Below, piece by piece: positions 46,396 through 56,474 of a stretch of DNA of 64,000 nucleotides (its first letter is position 1; the number at the start of each line of letters is the position of its first letter). Both the position numbers and the translations under genes were made by a program. Location: NCBI GenBank assembly GCA_963734955.1, contig CAVTJO010000011.1, positions 457,698 through 521,697 on the forward strand, written 5' to 3'. This DNA comes from an uncultured Bacteroidota bacterium. Its GTDB lineage: Bacteria > Bacteroidota > Ignavibacteria > UBA10030 > UBA6906. The notes beneath the pieces were generated by a model. It did no database searches. It saw nothing but the letters and a program-made list of their open reading frames with translations, and was not told where the DNA came from.

Positions 46396-49300
46396 CAGAT
46401 CTCCTCCTGCTTCATTTCACGCTTGAACTTCTCCTCGAATATTGTGTACAGGGAAGGAACGAAGAACAGTGTAAGCAATGTGGAAACGCTCAAGCCGCCG
46501 ATTACCGCGATGGCCAGCGGTGATTGCGTTGATTCCCCACCGAGGCCGAGTGCCATGGGTATCAATCCAAGTACTGTAGCAAGCGAGGTCATGAGAATCG
46601 GCTTGAGGCGGGTCCGACCGGCCCTGACAACAGCGTCATGCAACTCGATGCCGCGCAATCGCAGGTGGTTTGTATAGTCGACGAGCAGGATTCCGTTGCT
46701 CACCACAATTCCCACCATAACGATAATCCCCTGGAAGGACGTGACCGAAAGGGTGGTGTTCGTCAGAAAGAGCATCCAGAACACTCCCACAATCCCCAGC
46801 GGCACGGTAAACATGATGATGAACGGGTCAATGAAAGACTGGAACTGTGACGCCATCACAACGTACACCAGCAGAATCGCAAGGGCAAATGCAAGAAGAA
46901 GATCTCTGAACGTCTTCTGCTGCTGTTCCACATTGCCTCCCAAATGAATCTCGAAACCCGGTGGGATGTTCAGCTTATCCACTTTTGCCCGGATGTCACT
47001 CGCCACGCTCCCCAGGTCCCTCCCGCTGGTATTGGCAGTGACATCAATGATCCGTTGTTGCGACTTCCGATCGATCTGCACGGGAGCATTTGCCTTCTCG
47101 ATTGTCGCGATATTACCCAGCGTGACCTGCCTCCCGTCAACAGTCGTGAGAACGATGTTCTTTAAGTCCTCGATGTTTGAACGGTAATCTTCACTCAGGC
47201 GAACAAGAATGTTGTACTGATTACCGGTAACAGGATCGGTATACAATGAGGCGACGCTTCCGTTAATGCAGGTGTTGATTGTGTTGGAAATTTGCGCAAC
47301 ATTGATGCCGAGAACGCCTGCCTTGTCCCGATCTATCCTCACTTGAAGCTCGGGGAGATTGTCCTCCCGGCTCACCTGCACATCAACTGCACCCGATGTT
47401 GATCGAACAATCGAGGCAACCTCCTTCGCAAGGGTCGCACCCGCATCAAGATCAAAACCCCGGATCTCCACGTCGATGGGCGCGGCCGAACCGAAGTTCA
47501 GAAGGAATCGTAGAATTCCACCAGGGCTCAGGAATGTCGTTGCACCGGGTACAGCAGCCAGCTTGGGGCGAATCGCCTTCATGATATCAAAGATGGATCG
47601 TTTGCGTTCTTCTTGCGAAACAAGCGCGACTTGAATGTTCGCCGCATGGCTTCCGGAATTCCTGCCAAAGAAGTTTCCACTGCGCGCCGAAGGCACCCCG
47701 ATGTCCGTTATCATCGCCTGGATCTCAGGAATGTTCGTCAGCAGGATTTGCTCGATCGTTCTGACGAACCTGTCTGTTTCCTCCGCGCGGGTGCCGACCG
47801 GGAGTTTCACACTCACGGTGAATTGACCCTCGTCCTGATCAGGGAAGAACTCCGTCCCGATGAACTTCACCAGCACAATCGACGCGAGGGCACCCCCGAC
47901 AATCCCGCCAATCACCAGTCGACGGTGCGAGAGGGTCCACCGCAGCCTCTGCTCATACCATTCATCAAGTTTTTCAAGCGCGTCGTGGGCGAGAACGCGC
48001 ATACGGTCGGAAAATCTTGCGGATGCGCGATCCAGAAGCTTCTCGGGAGGCAAATACTTGAGACACATCAGTGGTGTTACGGTCCGGGAGATGAAGAATG
48101 AGCCAAAGAGTGCAACAGCAATCGTTATCGTGAGGGGGATAAACAACAGCTTTGCTATACCGCTGAGAAACACAATCGGGAGAAATACAATGACGGTCGT
48201 CAGTGTCGAGATAAAGATCGGCGCTGCCACTTCCTTCGCGGCATCCAGTGTTGCGAGAGCCTTCGACTGGCCCTCGTTCCGCTCGTTGTAGTGGCGCGAA
48301 ATTGCTTCGAGCTCCACGATCGAGTCATCCACCAGTCGTCCGACCGCAAGCGCCAAGCCCCCAAGCGTCATGATATTCAGGGTGACACCGCCAAAGCGAA
48401 ACCAGATGAATGTTATCAGAATCGATAATGGAATCGCAACGACGATAATCAGGGTGCCCCTGATATTCCTGAGAAAGAGCATGATGATAATCATGGCCAG
48501 GATCGCACCGAGCAATGCTTCCTGTTGCAGCCCCGAGATCGTCTGCCGGATGTACACCGACTGGTCGAACGACAACGTCATGTGCACGGTTTCCGGAATC
48601 CCGGTCAGGTGCGGCAACGCTTTCAGGACATTATCAACAACCTCGACAGTGTTTGCACTCGCGAGTTTCTGAACGCGAAGCGTGAGGCCGGGCCTCCCGT
48701 TAATACGAACGAGCTCCGTCTGCTCCTGGTAGCTGTCTTCTACGCGTCCAATATCTTTGATCCGAACGGGAACTCTGTTGACTGTCTTGACGACAATGTC
48801 CTCCATCGGTTTGACAACATTGAAGCGGCTTTCCGTCTTCAGGGAGTAATCGAATGTTCCTGTCTTGAGATCGCCCGATGGAATAATCAGGTTGGCATTG
48901 GCGATCGCGGTCAGGACATCCGCTACGGGCAGCTGGAGTGCCTGCAGGCGGTCCCTGTCGAGCGTGACATGTATCTCCCGGATGCGACCGCCGATCACCT
49001 GTGCAGAGGCAACTCCTGGAAGGTGTTCGACCTGAGGCTCGATGGTGTTAAACGCCAGATCGTACAAATCCCGCTCGTCCATATTGCTTGAGACCGCTAT
49101 ATTGCAGACAGGGAGGTTCGTAATGTCGAATCGCAAAACAATCGGCTGCGAAACTCCCGTCGGCAATTGATTCAGAATCCTGTTGACCCGCTGCACCACA
49201 TCTACCAGGGCTACATCGAGGTTTGCGTTCCAATTGAAGTTGATGCGAACCTGAGAAATGCCTTCCCTTGTGGATGATTGTACATAGTCCACATCGTTGA

Positions 49301-49520
49301 CCGAGCTGACACCTCGTTCAATGAAGGTCGTCACCGACTGCTCCATGTCGAGCGGGCCGGCCCCCGAATAGAAGGTGATGGTGGTAACAACCGGAACAGT
49401 GATGTCGGGAAGGAGATCAATCGGCAACTGTTGGAACGAGACAAATCCCAACACGACAATCGTCACAGCGAACAGGAATGTGGAAATGGGATACTTCAGA
49501 GCTAATCGGGTGAGCCACAT
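46395..49520 (-). CDS. RND efflux transporter (AcrB/HAE1 family) inner-membrane permease
   Basis: 1041 aa with 12-TM RND topology. The N-terminus is MWLTRLALKYPISTFLFAVTIVVLG. Conserved RND motifs include LGGLALAVGRLVDDSIV. Confidence 0.85.
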   Translation of the reverse strand: MWLTRLALKYPISTFLFAVTIVVLGFVSFQQLPIDLLPDITVPVVTTITFYSGAGPLDMEQSVTTFIERGVSSVNDVDYVQSSTREGISQVRINFNWNANLDVALVDVVQRVNRILNQLPTGVSQPIVLRFDITNLPVCNIAVSSNMDERDLYDLAFNTIEPQVEHLPGVASAQVIGGRIREIHVTLDRDRLQALQLPVADVLTAIANANLIIPSGDLKTGTFDYSLKTESRFNVVKPMEDIVVKTVNRVPVRIKDIGRVEDSYQEQTELVRINGRPGLTLRVQKLASANTVEVVDNVLKALPHLTGIPETVHMTLSFDQSVYIRQTISGLQQEALLGAILAMIIIMLFLRNIRGTLIIVVAIPLSILITFIWFRFGGVTLNIMTLGGLALAVGRLVDDSIVELEAISRHYNERNEGQSKALATLDAAKEVAAPIFISTLTTVIVFLPIVFLSGIAKLLFIPLTITIAVALFGSFFISRTVTPLMCLKYLPPEKLLDRASARFSDRMRVLAHDALEKLDEWYEQRLRWTLSHRRLVIGGIVGGALASIVLVKFIGTEFFPDQDEGQFTVSVKLPVGTRAEETDRFVRTIEQILLTNIPEIQAMITDIGVPSARSGNFFGRNSGSHAANIQVALVSQEERKRSIFDIMKAIRPKLAAVPGATTFLSPGGILRFLLNFGSAAPIDVEIRGFDLDAGATLAKEVASIVRSTSGAVDVQVSREDNLPELQVRIDRDKAGVLGINVAQISNTINTCINGSVASLYTDPVTGNQYNILVRLSEDYRSNIEDLKNIVLTTVDGRQVTLGNIATIEKANAPVQIDRKSQQRIIDVTANTSGRDLGSVASDIRAKVDKLNIPPGFEIHLGGNVEQQQKTFRDLLLAFALAILLVYVVMASQFQSFIDPFIIMFTVPLGIVGVFWMLFLTNTTLSVTSFQGIIVMVGIVVSNGILLVDYTNHLRLRGIELHDAVVRAGRTRLKPILMTSLATVLGLIPMALGLGGESTQSPLAIAVIGGLSVSTLLTLFFVPSLYTIFEEKFKREMKQEEI

Positions 49521-49529
49521 ACAGGCGTT

Positions 49530-50582
49530 TTATCCTGGCTGAATGGAGATCGGGCTGCCGTCTTTGATAAATTGCTGCCCGGTCGTGATGACGTTTTCAC
49601 CGCCGGCAAGCCCGTTGAGGATTTCGGTCCGGGAATTCTGCTCTGTGCCAAGATTCACAGGAATACGTTTCGCGGTATCATTCATCGCGACGAAGACATA
49701 CGCCCCCTTGTCATCGCTGAGAATGGCTGCCGTGGGTACGGTGATTGCATCGGGATGTTCATTAACAACGAGCGTCACCCGCGCGAACATCCCAGGCTTG
49801 AGAAGTCGATCGCGGTTCGGAACGTCAACCTCAACTGCCATCGTCCGAGTGGAGAGATCAACTGCTTCCGCAAAACGCTTCACCGTCCCGACAAACTCCC
49901 TTCCGGGATATGCATCCACGGTTACCTGCGCTTGTTTCCCTTCCTTGATAAGCGGTATGTCCTTCTCAAGCACATTGACGATAACCTTCATGGCGTTGAG
50001 ATCCATCAACATGAAGAGGGTGAGATTGTTCGCCGTAACCAATGAGCCGGGGTCAAGAGAGCGTCTCGTGATGAATCCGGAGAACGGTGCGGTAATCCGG
50101 GCATATCCCAGGCGCGTTGCTGCGAGCTCATACGCGGCTTTCGCAACTTTCGCTGCTGCATCGGCGTTGTCGATATCCTGTTTTGCAACTAGATTCTGTT
50201 CCGATAGTTCCCTGGTTCTCCGGTAGTTTACCGCAGCGTTTTCATACGTTGCAGCTGCCTGCTGGTATTGCTGGAAAAGTAGCGTGGTATCGATCAACGC
50301 GAGGGTCTGTCCCGCCTCCACCTGGGAACCAATATCAACGAACGCCCGCTCGAGATTGCCATCGACTTTGGAATAGATACTCGCCTGTCGCACAGCAACC
50401 ATATCGCCGGTAAACTGGAGTTCATACTTCACAGCCTCACGGCCGGGCTTTTGCACCTTCACCAGCGGCAATGACTGCCTGCGGCTGTCCGCCGCAGCGT
50501 TGCCCGCGAGAAATCTGTAGGCGATGTACGCGACAAAAGCGCACGCGACTGCCAACAGGATGATTCTGGTTTTCTTCGTCAT
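49530..50582 (-). CDS. RND efflux periplasmic adaptor (membrane fusion protein, HlyD/AcrA family)
   Basis: About 350 aa with an N-terminal TM (MTKKTRIILLAVACAFVAYIAY) and coiled-coil plus beta-barrel domains. It is immediately upstream of the RND pump. Confidence 0.8.
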   Translation of the reverse strand: MTKKTRIILLAVACAFVAYIAYRFLAGNAAADSRRQSLPLVKVQKPGREAVKYELQFTGDMVAVRQASIYSKVDGNLERAFVDIGSQVEAGQTLALIDTTLLFQQYQQAAATYENAAVNYRRTRELSEQNLVAKQDIDNADAAAKVAKAAYELAATRLGYARITAPFSGFITRRSLDPGSLVTANNLTLFMLMDLNAMKVIVNVLEKDIPLIKEGKQAQVTVDAYPGREFVGTVKRFAEAVDLSTRTMAVEVDVPNRDRLLKPGMFARVTLVVNEHPDAITVPTAAILSDDKGAYVFVAMNDTAKRIPVNLGTEQNSRTEILNGLAGGENVITTGQQFIKDGSPISIQPG

Positions 50583-50834
50583 GTACGGTACTTGATTATA
50601 ATGCGGTGAGAAGTGGCCCAACGCCAATCAGGCACTCAGAATGGACACGTCACGGCATTGAAGGGTTTAACGTCATTCGTCCGAAATAGCGAATTGAGGC
50701 CCTGGCCGCCGGCAAGAATATACGATAGTTCATTCTTGATTGCCATATGAACACTCTGTACAACACGGAATTCACCTGCAACATTCCCGACGTTTGCGAA
50801 TAGGCAACCTTGCAATCCTCATCATTTTCCCTTA

Positions 50835-52019
50835 TTGTATGGGTGCATGCTCACAGTGTCGGGCATCGCTGACGTTTTTCCCTCACTGCATCAACCTACG
50901 GAGCCCCTGATGGCAAAGACTGCCCCCACAGCAAGGCCAAAGGCCGGCAAGGCATCTGCACTCGACCCCCTCATCGAAAAGCTCAACTCGTTCTCAGCAG
51001 ATAACTATTGGGATCTCGGAAAGTTTCTCGTTGAAAAGCTCATCCCCATTGCACTCAAGGAGGGTATATTCGGAGAGCACATACTGAAACGGATGTCAGA
51101 TGTTCCGGGATTCAAGTTTCCGTACTCCATGCTCAGGCAGTGCCAGCAATTCTACACCTACTATCCTGATGTGCAAAAACGCCCCCTTGCGGAGATTTTC
51201 TACTTTGAGCTTGCAACAAAGGTGGATGAAACACGTGAGCGGGACCGTTACGAGAAAATGGCAATCACGTACAAATGGACGATCTCTGATCTTCAGAAAA
51301 AGATTCGCGAAGATGAGCTGGCACGGCGGGAAGACGAGAAGACAAAGTATGGATTCGACTTGAAGGAGCGCAATGTTTGGTCGTTCGATGCCCCGGATCC
51401 GCGCTTTGGAAAATCAGGTTACAAGGGAAGGCTCCCGGGGCAGATTCTTGCCAATGCGCTCTTCTATTACACCCAGCCCGGAGGGACTGTCCTCGATCCG
51501 ATGGCGGGCAGCGGGACAACCGGAGACGTGATCGCGTCAGTACCACACTTTATCAGCCACACGTGCAAGATGTACGACGCTGAGCCATCCGATTCGCGAA
51601 TCGAGCGTGCGAATATACTGCTTACCGGCATTCCGGAGCAGTCGAGCTCATTTGATTACGTGTTCCTTGATCCGCCCGCTGACTTCTATCCACGAGGCGA
51701 TGATTCCAACTTCTCTCCCGCCGCGGCCAAGGCTGAAACGCTGATGAAGTTCAAGACCATCGCGCGGGAAAGCATTCGCACTCTGAAGCCCGGCGGAAGA
51801 ACCTCCGTTATTGTTGAAGCCTCCACGGGGTCCTTCGGTGTGATTGACTTTCCCTTCGAGGTGTCACAGATCTTCCGCGAGTTGGGCTTGACACAAATCG
51901 GCAAGGTTTATCTCCCGAGACGCGGAGAAACTGCCAAGCTTCGCGCTCATGTGGACGGCCTTAAGCCAATGGCCTCCGATTGCAGGGAACTGTTGACCTT
52001 CGAGAAACCACGCGTTTGA
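50835..52019 (+). CDS. SAM-dependent amino-methyltransferase-like protein (N6/N4 DNA MTase-like motif X-I then variant motif IV 'DPPA') with uncharacterised ~185-aa N-terminal domain
   Basis: 394 aa. The stretch [34 protein letters not shown] matches motif X and motif I of PF01555-type MTases. About 45 aa later, [13 protein letters not shown] is a DPPY-like motif IV with Ala in place of the aromatic residue. The likely true start is MAKTAP, near 50910. Confidence 0.55.
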   Translation: MYGCMLTVSGIADVFPSLHQPTEPLMAKTAPTARPKAGKASALDPLIEKLNSFSADNYWDLGKFLVEKLIPIALKEGIFGEHILKRMSDVPGFKFPYSMLRQCQQFYTYYPDVQKRPLAEIFYFELATKVDETRERDRYEKMAITYKWTISDLQKKIREDELARREDEKTKYGFDLKERNVWSFDAPDPRFGKSGYKGRLPGQILANALFYYTQPGGTVLDPMAGSGTTGDVIASVPHFISHTCKMYDAEPSDSRIERANILLTGIPEQSSSFDYVFLDPPADFYPRGDDSNFSPAAAKAETLMKFKTIARESIRTLKPGGRTSVIVEASTGSFGVIDFPFEVSQIFRELGLTQIGKVYLPRRGETAKLRAHVDGLKPMASDCRELLTFEKPRV

Positions 52020-52039
52020 CAATCGGGAGGGCACGCACC

Positions 52040-52330
52040 ATGATCGAGCGAAGGAGGCTTTCCGATCTGGAAGTTGCTGATGCGCTGAAGACGTTGAATG
52101 GGTGGTCAGTCATCAGCGGAAAACTGCACAAAGAGTTCAAGTTCCAGGACTTCGCGCAGGCGTTTGGCTTCATGTCCAGCGTGGCGTTACTTGCCGAAAA
52201 GATGAACCACCACCCCGACTGGTCCAATGTGTACAGTAGAGTCGTCATCGACCTTACGACCCACGACCTCAACGGCATCAGTACCTTCGACGTTGAGTTC
52301 GCTTCAAGCGTGAACAAGCTTCTGAAATAG
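52040..52330 (+). CDS. phhB: Pterin-4a-carbinolamine dehydratase (PCD/DCoH)
   Basis: [24 protein letters not shown]...[32 protein letters not shown] is the canonical PCD sequence. The ORF-track start at 51980 is an upstream extension. Confidence 0.8.
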   Translation: MIERRRLSDLEVADALKTLNGWSVISGKLHKEFKFQDFAQAFGFMSSVALLAEKMNHHPDWSNVYSRVVIDLTTHDLNGISTFDVEFASSVNKLLK

Positions 52331-52453
52331 CCTCTCTCCCGATCTTCCTCCTACCATCATCACTTCATGGTGGAGAGCTGAGTCCCATCTTGCCGGTTTG
52401 ACAGGGTTCGACCCGGTTGAAGGCGGCTATGATTTCGGTCTTTGAACAACCGC

Positions 52454-53041
52454 TCAGTCTTTTGACAGCGATTCGACAAGGTTGTTGAACTCTGCTTCGC
52501 TGGCCGCGATGGTCTTTGCAGGACCCGTATACTTGAAGAACACCTCCCCTTCAGGAGCATTCACAATGGCCCCGAGAAGACGATAGTTGTCCTTCTTTCC
52601 CTGTGACTCCATCATCGGACCTGATGGTGCGAGGTACGTCCCGCCAATATGTACAAGCACCACGTTCAATCCGTTCACCTGTTTCGACGACCGATCTACG
52701 GCTCCGGGGTTTTCGAACTGATTCACCCAGCGGTCTATGTTCTGGTCCACGTCACCACCCTGACCGCTGCCGAAGTAGAATATCGCACACTCTCCACCTT
52801 CCGCGTCTCCTTCTGCTGCAGGAACCGTGTATGTAGCGATGCGCATTTGACGGGGTGGCTGATCCTCCCAGCGGTCGGGCCGCTTCCAATGAATCCCTGC
52901 AATCGAATTCACATCGTGAGCCGATACAACACCCGGACCCTGCAGAGGCACCTGGTTCGCCGGCGCGGGTGGTTTCTTGTTGCACGCTGATGTTGCCACG
53001 AGTCCCACGACAATGAGCGTCCGCATCAGACCGGTTTTCAT
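52454..53041 (-). CDS. Lipoprotein, hypothetical
   Basis: 195 aa with a lipoprotein signal and lipobox (LIVVGLVATSAC). Confidence 0.5.
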   Translation of the reverse strand: MKTGLMRTLIVVGLVATSACNKKPPAPANQVPLQGPGVVSAHDVNSIAGIHWKRPDRWEDQPPRQMRIATYTVPAAEGDAEGGECAIFYFGSGQGGDVDQNIDRWVNQFENPGAVDRSSKQVNGLNVVLVHIGGTYLAPSGPMMESQGKKDNYRLLGAIVNAPEGEVFFKYTGPAKTIAASEAEFNNLVESLSKD

Positions 53042-53080
53042 TTCTCTCTCCTCATATGATTGTTCATGTTCATGACTAAA

Positions 53081-54034
53081 TTAGAATTGTAACGAAATGC
53101 TCAGGCCATCGCCACGGGCCATTGCGATCGGGGCGAGACTGAGTTTCACCTCGCCTGGATCCCCGACCTTGCCCGTGTCAAACGGATGCGATACGATTCG
53201 GCCAAATGTGTATCCCAGTGCCATCCCCAATGGCAAATCACTGTACCAATGCCAGCCCTTGTTTACCAATCCGATCCCCACGAGTCCCGTGAGTGCATAT
53301 CCCACCGGTTTCATCCACACGAGCTCGGGGTAATTCTCAGAGAGGACAGTCAAAGTCGCCGTCGTCGTGGCAATATGGCCTGAAGGGAAAGCATAGTACT
53401 TCGACTGATGCCTGTCATACGTCTTGAGACTTGGAAAGGGCCTCCACGTGCCTCGCCTGGAGCTGGCAACGCCCGGACTCTCGCGACCGGCAAGATGCTT
53501 GAACGTCTGGACCACAAGACCCGTTACAACCAGGGCTTCCAACGTCTGACTTGCCACCCGGAGCGCACGATGATCCGAAGCAACAAAACCGTAGAGACCA
53601 AACAATCCTGTTACGGCCAGATCCGACCTTCCATCCCCAAGCAAAACAAAGAAGTCTGAGCAGGACGAAACGGTCCTCGATCTTTTGCTGAACCCGCTGG
53701 AGACCTTGTACATGTTGGCGTCGGCAACCACGAGACCAACTGTCAGCCCCGATAGACCTGCGAGTACAGGAATGTTCTTGGGATCGATTGAAATTGAAGC
53801 AAAGTGTTCAAGATCATTCGGCACATTCCCCACAAAGTCGTACCAACGGGGAAGAGATTGATGCTCTCTCAGATTTGACAGCGTGAGTGAATCACTCGAA
53901 CCAGGTGGGACCAGGAAACTCACATCAAACGTCTTCAACCCTCTTTCCTGCGCGATCAGGATGCCGTCTTGAACCCAAACCAAGAAGACCATTACGGCAA
54001 ATGCTTTTCCTGAGAACATGTTCACTCTGGACAT
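53081..54034 (-). CDS. PAP2-like (phosphatidic acid phosphatase type 2 superfamily) secreted/membrane protein, paralog 1
   Basis: 317 aa with a signal peptide. PAP2-like motifs are FKHLAGRESP, FPSGH and HWYSD. It ends in ...SISLQF, a C-terminal Phe. Confidence 0.5.
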   Translation of the reverse strand: MSRVNMFSGKAFAVMVFLVWVQDGILIAQERGLKTFDVSFLVPPGSSDSLTLSNLREHQSLPRWYDFVGNVPNDLEHFASISIDPKNIPVLAGLSGLTVGLVVADANMYKVSSGFSKRSRTVSSCSDFFVLLGDGRSDLAVTGLFGLYGFVASDHRALRVASQTLEALVVTGLVVQTFKHLAGRESPGVASSRRGTWRPFPSLKTYDRHQSKYYAFPSGHIATTTATLTVLSENYPELVWMKPVGYALTGLVGIGLVNKGWHWYSDLPLGMALGYTFGRIVSHPFDTGKVGDPGEVKLSLAPIAMARGDGLSISLQF

Positions 54035-54040
54035 ACGATT

Positions 54041-54985
54041 TCAAAACTCCATGGACAGAGAGAGCCCGTTACCGATGCGGTTAACCATGGGAGAAAAAGT
54101 CAGTTTTGGCCCATGACCAACGTCGCTCACACCAACACCTTCTCCTTGAGGGTGTGCAACGAGAACACCAAATGAATAGCCGAGCGCAATCCCCAGCGGA
54201 TAATCACTATACCAGTGAATGCCGGTGTTGCCCATTGCCACACCAAGAAGCCCAACGAGTGAGTACCCAACCGGTCGAATCCAGCCAACTTCTTCATAGT
54301 TCTCGGCAATCACCGTCACAGTTGCCAGCGCGGTGGCAACGTGTCCTGACGGGTACGCATCATAATGCGGGACATGTTTGTGGTACTCGATTTGGTTCGG
54401 GAAGAGACGCCACTTGCCGCCCGGCGCAGTGGAAACAAACGGACTTTCCCTTCCGGTCAAATGCTTCAGAACTTGAACAACAGTCCCGCAGGCAAGGATC
54501 ACTTCCACGGTTTGGCTCGCAGTGCGAAGTGCCCTGCTGTCTCTGGCAGCGAACCCATAAACACCAAATGCAGCAGCCAGCCCAAACTGTGTCTTTCCAT
54601 CGCCGAACATCTCACAAATATCACTCGCCTTTTCGATGGTCCGTGAGCTCCTATACCACTTGTCAGATGCCGTCCATGTCGCATCATCCAGAGAAACGAG
54701 GGCAACCGTCGAAATTGTGAGTCCGAGAAACAACGGAATATTTCTCGCTGTAAACGCCCCTTCACTCCAATGTACCCAATCACGAGGGATGTTGACAAAC
54801 ATATCATACCATTGAGGGACCAACCGGGCGTCGCTGGTAGATGTAGAGGAATCGGCGGGAGGGGCTGATGTTGCCAAAGTTACTGGCGTAACAAGAGTCG
54901 AACCTTCACGCGCCACCAAAAGTTGGGGAACGTGAAGAAGGATTATCAGAAAGGAAACCGAGAACAGGTGATGATTACGAAGCAC
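54041..54985 (-). CDS. PAP2-like protein, tandem paralog 2
   Basis: 314 aa, collinear with 53081..54034. Motifs are LKHLTGRESP, YPSGH and HWYSD, and it ends ...SLSMEF. Confidence 0.5.
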   Translation of the reverse strand: MLRNHHLFSVSFLIILLHVPQLLVAREGSTLVTPVTLATSAPPADSSTSTSDARLVPQWYDMFVNIPRDWVHWSEGAFTARNIPLFLGLTISTVALVSLDDATWTASDKWYRSSRTIEKASDICEMFGDGKTQFGLAAAFGVYGFAARDSRALRTASQTVEVILACGTVVQVLKHLTGRESPFVSTAPGGKWRLFPNQIEYHKHVPHYDAYPSGHVATALATVTVIAENYEEVGWIRPVGYSLVGLLGVAMGNTGIHWYSDYPLGIALGYSFGVLVAHPQGEGVGVSDVGHGPKLTFSPMVNRIGNGLSLSMEF

Positions 54986-55557
54986 TCGCTTTAACAGGGC
55001 ATAATGTTCCTGCAGCCACGCACGGAAATCCTTCGATCAAACCCCGAGGTCGGTACGTCATCATCCGTGCCAGAAAATGATGTTCATTGTAACATATTCG
55101 GGAATGTTTATCAAGGGCACAAGAAACGCAAATGCGCTGGCACAACACAGAGAGCTCCAGGCCGGCTACAAGCACTCGGTAAAACTTCAAAGGATCACCC
55201 CTGTGATTACCCGCCGTACTGACAAAGAAGCCCCATCGCTAATCCGAGCCTGGCAATCAAGAGCAAGTTGGTTTCCTCTTTATTCAATGAACATCGGAAA
55301 CAGTCTGAATCGTTCCTCCGGTAACCCTCGGTGTGCGAGCCTACGTTTGACGTTCGAACTTCTTCACCAAATCATGGTAACGCATGGAGCATTGCCCGGC
55401 ATTAGTTCTGGAACAGGCGTGAGCGTCTGCGCTACAAATAAGCCGAGCTTTGGTAGTGAGGTTGAGGGGCATTCTCCTGGAGTGAAACTGAGGAGTGTGG
55501 GCCGCGCAGTGCCAGGGCGAGAGGATACGGGACGACCTTGACAGCAATCATAAACCA

Positions 55558-55947
55558 TTAGTTGTTGGTCACGACAGCAGTGCTGTCAGAAAACACGGTC
55601 ACTGTAACAGAGAGGCTTCTCCCGTCACTTCCTTTTTCGAGACCAACACCATCAAGCACAACCTGGTCGGCACTCACTGAAGTAAGGGTATACGATCCGT
55701 TGGCATTTGATGGCTTCGATGAAAGTTTCTGCATGGTGAGGCCAAGAAAAGAATTCCCTCCTCCTCCCAACACTTGCGGGCGCCGGTAATATCCCTGTGC
55801 ACGAAGGCCAAGCGCAGTAAGATCTGATGTTAGCGCGTCCCGGTTTGATGAAACAGCGTTGTCATCGAACAACGTCATCCCTATGACAACGGCTGCGCCA
55901 ATGATGATAACGCCGAGGAGAATGAGCAGTAGTTGCTGTTGTCCCAT
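55558..55947 (-). CDS. Small membrane-anchored pseudopilin-like protein; paralog of 8915..9301
   Basis: 129 aa. The N-terminal hydrophobic segment is LLLILLGVIIIGAAVVIG. It continues LTSDLTALGLRAQGYYRRP..GGGGNSF...SKPSNANGSY...VL.G.G.E.G.DG.S......DS.A...NN. Confidence 0.4.
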   Translation of the reverse strand: MGQQQLLLILLGVIIIGAAVVIGMTLFDDNAVSSNRDALTSDLTALGLRAQGYYRRPQVLGGGGNSFLGLTMQKLSSKPSNANGSYTLTSVSADQVVLDGVGLEKGSDGRSLSVTVTVFSDSTAVVTNN

Positions 55948-56474
55948 ACACTACCCCGCAACACATGGTGGAAAGAACAATTTGATGGGGGAACACTTTG
56001 AGAAATGTGGCGCAACACGGATGCCACGACAATGTGTTGGTGTAACCCCTTTGGTTTCATCGGTAGTCGAAGCCACCAGCAGCCGTGAAGAGGTATCTTT
56101 TACCCCGAGGGTGGAAGTAATTTCCGTGTTACACTGAGATTCAGTAATTTGGTTGACTCACAATTCCGCTCCCGTGATGTCGCGTACTTACCGGGAGACA
56201 GCAGGTAACTCACTCGCGGTCCTGCCCACGGTGAAGCTATCTCTCCACCCGGAAGTCACCTTGCACGGCATTATCCCTCCCTTCAAAATGAGTTGGATAA
56301 GAAGTGGAATCCGTTAAACCGTCATCGTCTCCCGCACTGAAAAGCTTGGTGTGGATTCCTCCTTTTGGATCGATTGCTTTAGCACAACAAACTGGGTACT
56401 TTCCTTCAAAGTTGTCAACCCTCACTCCGGCAAAGAGAGGACCCGACCACACACACAAGCGGCCAGTTTAAAAC

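Noticed and set aside
55558-55947. Possible type IV prepilin leader in the small pilin-like proteins
   Set aside because: No G-F-T-L-I-E style cleavage box or conserved Glu5 is present, so I did not call them type IV pilins or prepilin peptidase substrates. I only called pseudopilin-like helix-end similarity.
56120-56160. 'CTGAGA' element reminiscent of the TPP riboswitch, in the 527-nt gap
   Set aside because: The rest of the THI-box consensus (cctgatc...cgtaggga pairing partners) is absent. The downstream gene (YdeI-like) is not a thiamine gene. I take it as a chance match.
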